From Laetmonice hystrix (taxonomy: Eukaryota), in contig OZ249436.1 of the NCBI GenBank assembly GCA_965235115.1, positions 4,094,001 through 4,158,000 of the forward strand: DNA of 64,000 nucleotides, given 5' to 3'. This document shows, in pieces, positions 13,631 through 25,108 of the stretch. Every line of letters begins with the position of its first letter. Within the stretch, counting starts at the first letter, position 1. Both the position numbers and the translations under genes were made by a program. The notes below the pieces were generated by a model. The model searched no databases and was not told the origin of the DNA. It worked only from the letters and a program-made list of their open reading frames with translations.

Positions 13631-15407
13631 TAGTACTAGAGAAATGGCAATGAAACCTCACGGTTGGTATGTCGGTGCACTTCGCCAAGGCAGGCGCGTG
13701 ATCGCGCAGGTAGCTGCAGGCATCTCTGTAGGCATCTCCTTGTTGGTGAAAGTAACAACAGCCAAGGTTGGAGGAGCTCAAGTTAGATAGGCCTCTCGGC
13801 TTACAATTCTGGAAATACAATGTGTAGATTATTACTTGAAGCCGACGTTTTGAGATGTGTTGTGGCATTATGTTGGTGGTTCAAACCTTCCGACAAAATC
13901 CCGTATAGAGTTATGTGAAGATGTCGGTGAGTAAATAAAACTACATAACGTGTGGCTAAAATTGCTATAAACAATGTATACAACTGATTGCTATAGATTG
14001 GACTCTGTATTAGTATTTAGTAAAAGATAAACATTCACATATATGATATATGTCTAAGGTGATAAAAACATTTTTTAAATAATTCATGTCTTCACATGAC
14101 TGTAATTGTTTTTTTAAACATACCAATCCTTGCCATATTTGAGGAATACAATTTATGGAAAATTATACTTACGTCAATATCCACTGAGGTCACATTGCTG
14201 TCACTGCATACCGTTTCACATGACTTGTCGCAAACGTCTCGAGTCACGCCGGCTTTTCTAGTGCAAACGTAATTGTAACACAACTGTAGGAAGTCTTCTT
14301 TATCAAAAACTTATCATGGAAGACACTGAATATATTGTAGGTCATTATGCCGAAATAGTGAACTCCAAATAAACACAATCTCACTGAGGGATCCAGGGAG
14401 CTCGGGCCCCCCTTAGATTTGCTTTTTTATGAAGATGTTATGACTATAATTATTTAAATAATATATAGTATTTTAATAAAAAAACACATTTAGAAGTACA
14501 ATCAAATACAATTAAGTACAGATACAATCCAATCATGCCGAGCGTAGCGTAGATCCCCCACTACAATCCTCATTTTTTATCTACCCGTTATACCTCTTAT
14601 TTTCAAAATCGTTGAGCCAGAAGGCAGGGTATCAATGGATATAATCAAACAAGACTTTTGGGTCATTTCCTCCTTTGGTCCTTTAAATTTCAGCCAGCCA
14701 CCCACTCCCCATGATGCACGTTATACTATATGATATCCTGCTTGAAGAGTACCAAGGCAGTTTCTCCTTCATCAAGAAGAAAAGAACATGTGTATCGGGC
14801 GGAGCTCATGATTTTATGATTTCCTCCCTTGTCATGCCTACCTCATGCCGTTACAGAATGCCTTCTTACAATCTGCCTGGCTTAGACTGAACTCTGAAAG
14901 AAAGGTCAAAAAGTTTACAGTGGCTGATCAGACGTATTAGCTGCTTGGTATACTGAATGTCTACGAAATGAAATGATATAATGATTCTGTATCCAAGCGT
15001 ATTGATTCATGGTATGGCATTTTTATACTATGGAGATCTCATAGTAAATGCACCTACCTGAATCCCAATCCAAAGCCTCCTGTAATATGCCAAACTGTGC
15101 GATGGTGTCCGTAACCTAAGACAAATCATTACACTTTGCTGATTCAAAATTACTTAAGGCTTTTGCTTGACAATCAAAGCTGGTAAGTCGTGGTTTTAGT
15201 CCCATACCTTATTCAAAAAACTAAATGGACTCTCTTTGTTACCTCGGGTCGAGAGTATCAGTATCCTGAAGAAACCCGCATACTTAAATGTTTGCATTAA
15301 TCATTAATTAATTAATTAATTAATTAATTACCCCTTATGTTTACAATACAAACAGAACGTTAGTAAGAGGTTGGTATTCAGGACCGGCTACCGCTTGTAA
15401 ACGCTGC

Positions 15408-15712
15408 CACAGAACTCACGTAATCACTTATCGTCGCTGTGAACTTTAGGCAATGCCTGACACTGAGACCGCGTGGTCTATACGCTGACACAGAACTCAC
15501 GTAATCACTTATATCGTAGCTGTGAACTTTAGGCAATGCCTGACACTGAGACCGCGTGGTCTATACGCTGACACAGAACTCACGTAATCAGTTATATCGT
15601 AGCTGTGAACTTTAGGCAATGCCTGACACTGAGACCGCTTGGTCTATACGCTGACACAGAACTCACGTAATCAGTTATCGTAGCTGCGAACTGTCGGCAA
15701 TGCCTGACGCTG
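15408..15712. repeat. Tandem repeat, about 90-bp unit, about 3.3 copies
   Basis: cacagaactcacgtaatca..gctgtgaactttaggcaatgcctgacactgagaccgc repeated. Overlaps the 3' end of ORF 15592-16089 (-). Confidence 0.9.
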
Positions 15713-16327
15713 AGGGTATGAAGATTTTTCAATAAGAGATCCTGGTCGTCGGGAGGAATTCCGGTCTCCGACAAGATGTTCAGAAGCTCTTGAATCTCTT
15801 TTTGACTGACTTCCTCTTTCACTTTAAGGTACTTTGTCCTACGGGAGAGAAGTCCGTACGTGAGGGAGGGGTTACCAAATTCGACAGGGGGGGGGGTCAC
15901 GACCCAGCGCAATACAACGCAAAGCGACGCTTCATGTCGGCCTAAGCCTATATTTAATTTTACAAAGCGTTTCGTATGACAGTATGTTATGGATGGCTGC
16001 TTATGATAGATTAGGCTGTCAATGGCCCCAAGGAAATCACAAATAGGCCTAATATAAAAACAGTTTTGGTGGTGCTGACTGAGTACCATGTGCTGTGTGG
16101 AGGATTAGGCCAACAAAGGTGGTGATTGAAACGTAAATTGATCTGTTTTATCAAATAGTATTCAAACAAATAAATCTTGGACTTACCCAGCTGATCCCAA
16201 CATTTTGAAACAGTTTTCCGAACACCTTTTCCACGCCGTAATAATTTTTAAAAATAAATTAGATAAGTCGCTACTGGACCCGCCTTCCTTGAAAAGACAC
16301 CCATGCATACTCTGTAAAATTAATTAA

Positions 16328-16855
16328 AGGGGCATATTATGAGGAAACATTGAAAAACGGTATTTCATAGAACTTTTGCTGTTTTCATAAAGAGATCCTT
16401 CATTAAAATTGCTTGGTAAACAAAGACAGACTTATCAGTTTCATTTTGCGTGAGAAATCGAAGGTTATTAAGCTCCCTTGTCCGCTTCTCTGCCGATTTC
16501 GTAAAATATTTTTTGGGTGGCATTCTGATGCCGGGCGATCGAGGGCCACTGCTGAATTGTTTACAATTAAGCAAAGCACGTGACTAAGCACATGCAGAGA
16601 GTGCACACACAGGATGTGACACAGTATGCAATTACACGGGTTGATGGGAGGTTGTCCGCCAAATTATGGTGGGAGATGTGCTATCGGGAGAAATCTATAG
16701 GTTTGGTCGTATAGAACCTACTTGTGCTGCATACGCAGCGAAAACACGTCGGAGGACAAAATGCTGTGGTAGGATTATTTACTTGGATCCCTAGTACACG
16801 GTCATGTTGGATAATTGCCGGAAATCCTCCAAAACGTGTTTCATAGCATGCCCCT
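16328..16855. mobile_element. Non-autonomous DNA transposon with TTAA target duplication (Kolobok-like)
   Basis: TTAA|AGGGGCATATTATGA ... TCATAGCATGCCCCT|TTAA. AGG termini plus TTAA TSD fit Kolobok better than piggyBac. Confidence 0.65.
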
Positions 16856-17254
16856 TTAAGGCCAAGAAAAGTATATTTGCTTTTTATTGACAACACATTT
16901 AACACCTTCTATTCCTAGGCCTGGGTAAAGAGTGCCATTCTTTGTCACAAAGGTATGCAATCAAACTGCATCAAAATACGTGATGCAGCTCAAAGTTTTG
17001 TAAGGAAATGTCTCGAGTAAGAATTTGATACATTCGATGGTGTATAACACTTACGTCCTTGCATTGATTCGTGTCATTCCTGCAACCTTGCCAAGTCTCC
17101 AATAGGAATATGGCATAGTGGTTTCCGTCTGTAACGCTGGAAATAATTTCTCTTTTAAATAACCATTTTCTCAATACCAAGAAACCAGTAAATTTTTTGC
17201 ATGCGTGACCTGAGATATGTCTGCGACATTACTGCCCGCTCCTGTGAAGGTTTC

Positions 17255-18020
17255 TTTGAGTCATTACTTCCCGCTCCCTGGGGTTTCTTTGAGTCATTAC
17301 TTCCCGCTCCCTGAGGTTTGTCTGAGTCATTATACTTCCCGCTCCCTGAGGTTTGTCTGAATCATTACTTCCCGCTCCCTGAGGTTTGTCTGAATCATTA
17401 CTTCCCGATCCCTGAGGTTTGTCTGAGTCATTACTTCCCGCTCCCTGAGGTTTGTCTGAGTCATTATTTCCCGATCCCTGAGGTTTGTCTGAGTCATTAT
17501 TTCCCGATCCCTGAGGTTTGTCTGAGTCATTACTTCCCGCTCCCTGAGGTTTGTCTGAGTCATTATTTCCCGATCCCTGAGGTTTGTCTGAGTCATTATT
17601 TCCCGATCCCTGAGGTTTGTCTGAGTCATTACTTCCCGCTCCCTGAGGTTTGTCTGAGTCATTATTTCCCGATCCCTGAGGTTTGTCTTAGTCATTACTT
17701 CCGCTCCCTGAGGTTTCTTTGAGTCATTACTTCCCGCTCCCTGAGGTTTCCTTGAGTCATTACTTCCCGCTCCCTGAGGTTTCTTTGAGCCGTTACTTCC
17801 CACTCCCTGAAGTTTGTCTGAGCAACTTTGGTCTGAGTCATTACTTCCCGCTCCCTGAGGTTTGTCTGAGTCATTATTTCCCGATCCCTGAGGTTTGTCT
17901 GAGTCATTATTTCCCGATCCCTGAGGTTTGTCTGAGTCATTACTTCCCCCTCCTTAAGGTTTCTTTGAGTCATGACTTCCCGCTCCCTGAGGTTTCTTTG
18001 AGTCATGACTTCCCGCTCCC
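17255..18020. repeat. Minisatellite, 33-bp unit, about 23 copies
   Basis: Unit ctgagtcattacttcccgctccctgaggtttgt; gives 11-aa periodic ORFs. Confidence 0.95.
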
Positions 18021-18069
18021 TTATTTGGGTAAAAACATATCCCCTCCCTCTCCAGTGAGCATGCAGGTT

Positions 18070-20838
18070 CTCTCGTATACAGCCATGTGTTTTGGTAGTC
18101 AGGCCGGGGATCTCGTATACAGCCATGTGTTTTGGTAGTCAGTTGGGCCGGGGATCTCGTATACAGCCATGTGTTTTGGTAGTCAGGCCGGGGATCTCGT
18201 ATACAGCCATGTGTTTTGGTAGTCAGTTAGGCGCGGGATCTCGTATACAGCCATGTGTTTTGGTAGTCAGTTGGGCCGGGGATCTCGTATACAGCCATGT
18301 GTTTTGGTAGTCAGGCCGGGGATCTCGTATACAGCCATGTGTTTTGGTAGTCAGTTAGGCGCGGGATCTCGTATACAGCCATGTGTTTTGGTAGTCAGTT
18401 GGACCGGAGATCTTGTATACAGCCATGTGTATACAGCCATCTGTTTTGGTAGTCAGTTGGGCCGGGGATCTCGTATACAGCCATGTGTTTTGGTAGTCAG
18501 TTGGGCCGGGGATCTCGTATACAGCCATGTGTTTTGGTAGTTGGGCCGGGGATCTCGTATACAGCCATGTGTTTTGGTAGTCAGTTGGGCCGGGGATCTC
18601 GTATACAGCCATGTGTTTTGGTAGTCAGTTGGGCCGGGGATCTCGTATACAGCCATGTGTTTTGGTAGTCAGTTAGGCGCGGGATCTCGTATATACAGCC
18701 ATGTGTTTTGGTAGTCAGTTGGGCCCGGGATCTCGTATCATAGGCCTACAGCCATGTGCTTTGGTAGTCAGTTGGGCCCGGGATCTCGTATACAGTCATG
18801 TGCTTTGGTAGTCAGTTAGGCGCGGGATCTCGTATACAGCCATGTGTTTTGGTAGTCAGTTGGACCGGAGATCTTGTATACAGCCATGTGTTTTGGTAGT
18901 CAGTTAGGCCCGGGATCTCGTATACAGCCATGTGTTTTGGTAGTCAGTTAGGCGCGGGATCTCGTATACAGCCATGTGTTTTGGTAGTCAGTTGGGCCCG
19001 GGATCTCGTATACAGCCATGTGTTTTGGTAGTCAGTTGGGCCGGGGATCTCGTATACAGTCATGTGTTTTGGTAGTCAGGCCGGGGATCTCGTATACAGC
19101 CATGTGTTTTGGTAGTCAGTTGGGCCGGGGATCTCGTATACAGCCATGTGTTTTGGTAGTCAGTTGGGCCGGGGATCTCGTATACAGCCATGTGTTTTGG
19201 TAGTCAGTTGGGCCGGGGATCTCGTATACAGTCATGTGTTTTGGTAGTCAGTTGGGCCCGGGATCTCGTATACAGCCATGTGTTTTGGTAGTCAGTTGGG
19301 CCGGGGATCTCGTATACAGCCACGTGTTTTGGTAGTCAGTTGGGCCCGGGATCTCGTATACAGCCATGTGTTTTAGTAGTCAGTTAGGTCCGGGATCTCG
19401 TATACAGCCATGTGTTTTGGTAGTCAGTTGGGCCGGGGATCTCGTATACAGCCATGTGTTTTGGTAGTCAGTTGGGCCCGGGATCTCGTATACAGCCATG
19501 TGTTTTGGTAGTCAGTTAGGTCCGGGATCTCGTATACAGCCATGTGTTTTGGTAGTCAGTTAGGCGCGGGATCTCGTATACAGCCATGTGTTTTGGTAGT
19601 CAGTTGGACCGGAGATCTTGTATACAGCCATGTGTTTTGGTAGTCAGTTGGGCCGGGGATCTCGTATACAGCCATGTGTTTTGGTAGTCAGTTGGGCCGG
19701 GGATCTCGTATACAGCCATGTGTTTTGGTAGTCAGTTGGGCCGGGGATCTCGTATACAGCCATGTGTTTTGGTAGTCAGTTGGGCCGGGGATCTCGTATA
19801 CAGCCATGTGTTTTGGTAGTCAGTTGGGCCGGGGATCTCGTATACAGCCATGTGTTTTGGTAGTCAGTTGGGCCGGGGATCTCGTATACAGCCACGTGTT
19901 TTGGTAGTCAGTTGGGCCGGGGATCTCGTATACAGCCACGTGTTTTGGTAGTCAGTTGGGCCGGGGATCTCGTATACAGCCACGTGTTTTGGTAGTCAGT
20001 TGGGCCGGGGATCTCGTATACAGCCATGTGTTTTGGTAGTCAGTTGGGCCGGGGATCTCGTATACAGCCATGTGTTTTGGTAGTCAGTTGGGCCGGGGAT
20101 CTCGTATACAGCCATGTGTTTTGGTAGTCAGTTGGGCCGGGGATCTCGTATACAGCCATGTGTTTTGGTAGTCAGTTAGGCGCGGGATCTCGTATACAGC
20201 CATGTGTTTTGGTAGTCAGTTGGACCGGAGATCTTGTATACAGCCATGTGTATACAGCCATCTGTTTTGGTAGTCAGTTGGGCCGGGGATCTCGTATACA
20301 GCCATGTGTCTCGTATACAGCCATGTGTTTTGGTAGTCAGTTGGGCCGGGGATCTCGTATACAGCCATGTGTTTTGGTAGTCTGTTGGGCCGGGGATCTT
20401 GTATACAGCCATGTGTTTTGGTAGTCAGTTGGGCCGGGGATCTCGTATACAGCCATGTGTTTTGGTAGTCAGTTGGGCCGGGGATCTCGTATACAGCCAC
20501 GTGTTTTGGTAGTCAGTTGGGCCGGGGATCTCGTATACAGCCATGTGTTTTGGTAGTCAGTTGGGCCGGGGATCTCGTATACAGCCATGTGTTTTGGTAG
20601 TCAGTTGGGCCGGGGATCTCGTATACAGCCATGTGTTTTGGTAGTCAGTTGGGCCGGGGATCTCGTATACAGCCACGTGTTTTGGTAGTCAGTTGGGCCG
20701 GGGATCTCGTATACAGCCACGTGTTTTGGTAGTCAGTTGGGCCGGGGATCTCGTATACAGCCATGTGTTTTGGTAGTCAGTTGGGCCGGGGATCTCGTAT
20801 ACAGCCATGTGTTTTGGTAGTCAGTTGGGCCGGGGATC
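18070..20838. repeat. Minisatellite, 42-bp unit (37-bp variants), about 65 copies
   Basis: Unit gatctcgtatacagccatgtgttttggtagtcagttgggccggg-type. Confidence 0.95.
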
Positions 20839-22197
20839 TAGGCTATAGATCCTCTATGTACGTTATGGAGGTATCATATGCATCCATTTCCAGCACTGAT
20901 CGATGCAGGAGATTGGAAAAGACTTGCAAATCTTAAATACAAGCCAACATGTATGTTAGCCAGTTTTCATTTCGGAGTATTATCTCCAATAACAAGCAGA
21001 AAGTAAGGTACACACCCTCTTCGCAATTTTGCAAATTACATTATGATTGTTAAAACACGTAAAACATACTTCTGACCGCAAATTGAGCAGCCATGTGGAG
21101 GACAGGTCCAGCCAGCTAAAAACAGAAAGTAATACAATAAGGATGTAAATATCACTATGACATCAATATTTTCCATTTTTAGCGACTCAATAGGAATATG
21201 ATCCTTGAAATTATATCCTCTTATTTACACTTAATTTTACGACGTATGTTTGTAATTATCTTAGCGAGAACAATAGAAGATAAAAATAATGGAAGTAAAA
21301 ACTAGAATTTAGAATTTAATACTGCAGTTCCGAGCTACCTTGAGCCTAATAGGCCTACATACATAGACCTATTGCCCCCCCCCCCCCCAAAAAAAAAAGA
21401 GAGGAAAGGTCGTAGCTCTTGGGTACCAAAGAGGGATAGGTTCTAATCTTGTCAGGCGCGAATCTAGGATTTTTTCAAGGGGGGGGGGGATGTTACAGGT
21501 GGGTGGGTGGGTATTTGGGGTTTTACGCCTTGCAACAGCCAGGGTCATATCACGGCGGTGAAGAGAGACGCCAACAGCGCCGAGCTCGCGAAGCGGGAGC
21601 CCTAACGGGTGGAGTCCAGTAGGCCCTTATAATTTGTGGCTCTGAGGGGGGGGAGTTAAACCCCCTAACCCCCCTGGATCCCCCAGTGATTGTCATGCAT
21701 AATCGAAGGGGTGAGGGGGGGGGGGTCCTGAGGATCTTGAACAACTTGTTAATCCTTAACGACCATTTATTGACACAGGTGACGTCATTTCCAACACCAA
21801 AGATTTCACTAAAGAGGGAGGGGGGGGGGGGCATGTGCACAGAAAAACAATTCATGATTGTTTGCATTACTAAAGCTCTTTTGTTGTACTATCTAAGAAT
21901 TCTATGTCATAAGTTACAACCATTTGCTCCATCATGTCCACTCGTGATGTGATGTGTCTAATCTAAATATGACAAAAATATTTTTAAATGATTAGGTATA
22001 AATTAGGAATTTGGGGCACGTGCAGCTTCTACCCCCTCCCCCTGCACGTGCGTGGCGGATTTAAAGGGGGGGGGTTACTTGTGTTGCACCCCGCCCCATT
22101 ACGAAGTGATTTTTCTTTTTCCTCCGAAAGGTTCACCCCCCCCCCCCCCGTATAGCAGTTAGTGTGACACCGATCGTTGACTTACAGAACTACAGAC

Positions 22198-22665
22198 TGT
22201 GACGGGGCCCCGTGGTTTACTTACCGACCCCTCGCACAGATAGCATAACGGCGGTGATCAGCAACAGAGGGTTATCCATCTTGATACAATCGTCCGTCTC
22301 ACAGCCTCCTCGGGTCGGCGACCTGATAATACCGGTCCTAACTTACATCGGCTGCTGCTGCTGTATAGATATACCGTACTCTTTGTCTCAGATCGCCATG
22401 TACGAACCAACAGGATACTACTCGCATCAGGTCGTGATATAATCTCTCCAAACATAGGCGGCCTATAGCATTATGATACGAGGAAGCAGGAACTTGATGT
22501 AGGTTGTGGGGCAGAAGTATAAATGGCCGAGCACGCTTTACTTTTAAACTGAAGAGGCGCGAGTGACTGACTTTCGCAGCTGACTAATCTAGGACAGTTG
22601 GGAATAAATAGAGCATCACAACAACTCATTGGGAGTTGACTATAATGATTAGATCCGCCGTGACA
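22198..22665 (+). mobile_element. Possible solo LTR
   Basis: TGTGACGG ... CCGTGACA termini about 470 bp apart, with TATAAA (about 22518) followed by AATAAA (about 22603). No target duplication found. Confidence 0.35.
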
Positions 22666-22808
22666 CCCTGCTGATATTCCGACCAGGAACCATTATGTAC
22701 GAATAGCCAGTCTTTTTATAAATTTCTGTAACTCAGGAGTCCCCACAAGCCATTTGTGTGTTTGTGTGTGGAGGGGGGGGGGGGGGTGCCGTCTGCAATC
22801 ACTTCCAA

Positions 22809-23056
22809 CAGGGCCCGGTTTTTCTGCTTACTTTTCCACCGTGAGCAAGGGTGAGCTGAGCTAAGCAAGGGTGAGCATGAGCTCATTCTCACCGTTTTCG
22901 TCTTTTTGGGGGTTCCTTTTTTCATGAGGCGTGCTCATGGTGTGCAAGCTCACGGAAAAAACCCCCAAAAAACGAAAACAGTGAGCAAAACGGTGAGCAT
23001 CAGCTTCTGCTCACCCTTGCTCACGGTGGAAAAGTAAACAAAAAAAACGGGCCCTG
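22809..23056. mobile_element. Foldback MITE family A, copy 2
   Basis: cagggcccggtttttctgcttacttttccaccgtgagcaaggg ... cccttgctcacggtggaaaagtaaacaaaaaaaacgggccctg; homologous to 1901-2144. Confidence 0.8.
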
Positions 23057-23405
23057 GTATCACAACACTTCCTCCCTGGACATTTGCCCCCCGGACTTCT
23101 GCCCCCCAGGACATCTGCCCCCCCCCCCCATACATTCGCCCCCGGACATTAGCACCCGTACAACAATAATATCTCGAAATGGGAGGATTGAATTTGAGTT
23201 CAAAGTTCATTGCAGGACGTCTGTATCCGGCTGCCAACTGTAGCAGTCGGTGTAAGTCTGGTGTTAGATCTCCGGCATTTCTGGCGCTTTCGTAATTCCA
23301 TGGTTATGATCGTAAAAAGGTCAGAGCATCGAGCCCTTTATGGTGTCACCACAGCGACATTATCTTTACTGTGTCAACGGTATCTGGCCGGGGACTGGGT
23401 ACGTG

Positions 23406-23494
23406 GGGAGGGGGAGGGGGGAGGGGGGGAGGGGGGAGGGGGGAGGGGGGAGGGGGAGGGGGGGAGGGGGGAGGGGGGAGGGGGAGGGGGGAGG
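23406..23494 (+). repeat. Pure polypurine (GnA) tract, G-quadruplex/H-DNA prone
   Basis: About 88 nt containing only G runs separated by single A. Confidence 0.85.
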
Positions 23495-25108
23495 GTATCC
23501 CGCTTGCGGAGAGGTGGTCGAGTCTTAAATACTGTACTTTGATATGCTGTCGAAGTACCGTATGTGGCCTTGAGGTTAAAGTACACTCATGTGACCTTGA
23601 GGGTAAACTACAAGGTATGACGTAACAGCGCCACAAAGACAGCGTCTAGATTGCTTCACCTCTCGCCCAGTCTCGCCCAGGAACGTATCGCAATAAAACA
23701 CACATCAAATTAGTCTTTACACAAAGTTATATTTTTCTAATGAACTTAAATCAACAAACCCTCTCTCAGCTACTTGTTTCTGGAATGTCTGAGACTGGTG
23801 TGAGTAGTTCTTTTAGGCTTCCAGAAATACATTCAAATAACAGATTTTCTTCGATCAGAAAATAGTTTCCATGTTAATCTATATCCTGGTCAGAGGCTAT
23901 CATAGCCCTTTTCACATGTACATCATCAAATTACCTCACAGCATTCACTTCAAGTATTTTACTCAATCTACATCATAATTTTTAACCTTTTGAAGGTCAC
24001 ACAAATGGCAAACAAGTACAAAAGAATTCTAATAAAGATGTACATGTACTCAATCAAAATTTCTTTCTAACTTGAGGTACCTAACGTTAGAAAACGGTCT
24101 CGTATTCATCTTCTTGGCCCATCACTTTGGCACACATTGCAAAAAAAAAAAAAAAAAGTGAGAGAATTAATTTTTCAAGCTACATAAACATGTGTTCAAT
24201 CAAGGTTTCATCATTAACTGAGGTACTTAATTTAAGAAACCAGCTTGATGCCCATCTTGTTATCTCTTCACACTGGCACTGGTTGCTATAACAACCTTAC
24301 ACACACACACCACTGTATTTTCTGATGACTCTCTCTAAGCCAACTTTTATACCGGTTCCTCAGTGAGCGATAATCTGGGTCAATTCAAAGGAGGGTTGAT
24401 GTTCTTTTTTAAAATCATTATTTTCCCTGAACATGTTCACAAGTACAACGCTCAAGATAACTATCAAAGTCGATGGAATTTCTTCTCACGCCATTCTGTG
24501 TAGTTTAAGGAAGCAATCATGAAACCCCTGATTTGAATCATCTATGCTCCTCCAACATTATGCTATGTTTAGGTAACAAAAACACACACAAAACTAGTCA
24601 TCTTCTTGGGGACAGGTTTTAGGACTGTCTGTAGGTATGGATGGACTCAATAACCCTGAACCATTCAATCATACTTACAGCGTTGGCTTTTTCCGCAATA
24701 AATCTTCATGCTACCCTTTGAAACATCTCGTAGTGTGATTATAAACACTGTAGACACAAATAGTCATATCTTGTCTACTGATCTACAGCAGTTTCTACCT
24801 GCGTGCATGCCCAAATATTGTATCGCTTATCAGGACATTACATTTAGGATACAATAGGTCACCGGTATTTTTATTATCTGGATCTTCTTTGGCAACTTTT
24901 GAAAATATCTGTACCAAACCAAGATGTGGTCATGTCTCGGCATACTCCATAATTTCATGAACTACTCCTATGTGCTACAGAACCACATCAAATTAATATA
25001 CCTGACAAATATCTTGGAATTAGACTGCTCTATAAGTTGAGACTGACTTCTGGAAATTGTTACTTGTTGGTACAGTTCACCACGAAATCACCTATCTGTG
25101 AACCTAGA

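Noticed and set aside
17318..20500. Periodic ORFs ([22 protein letters not shown])
   Set aside because: Translations of the 33-bp and 42-bp arrays, with no splice or domain evidence.
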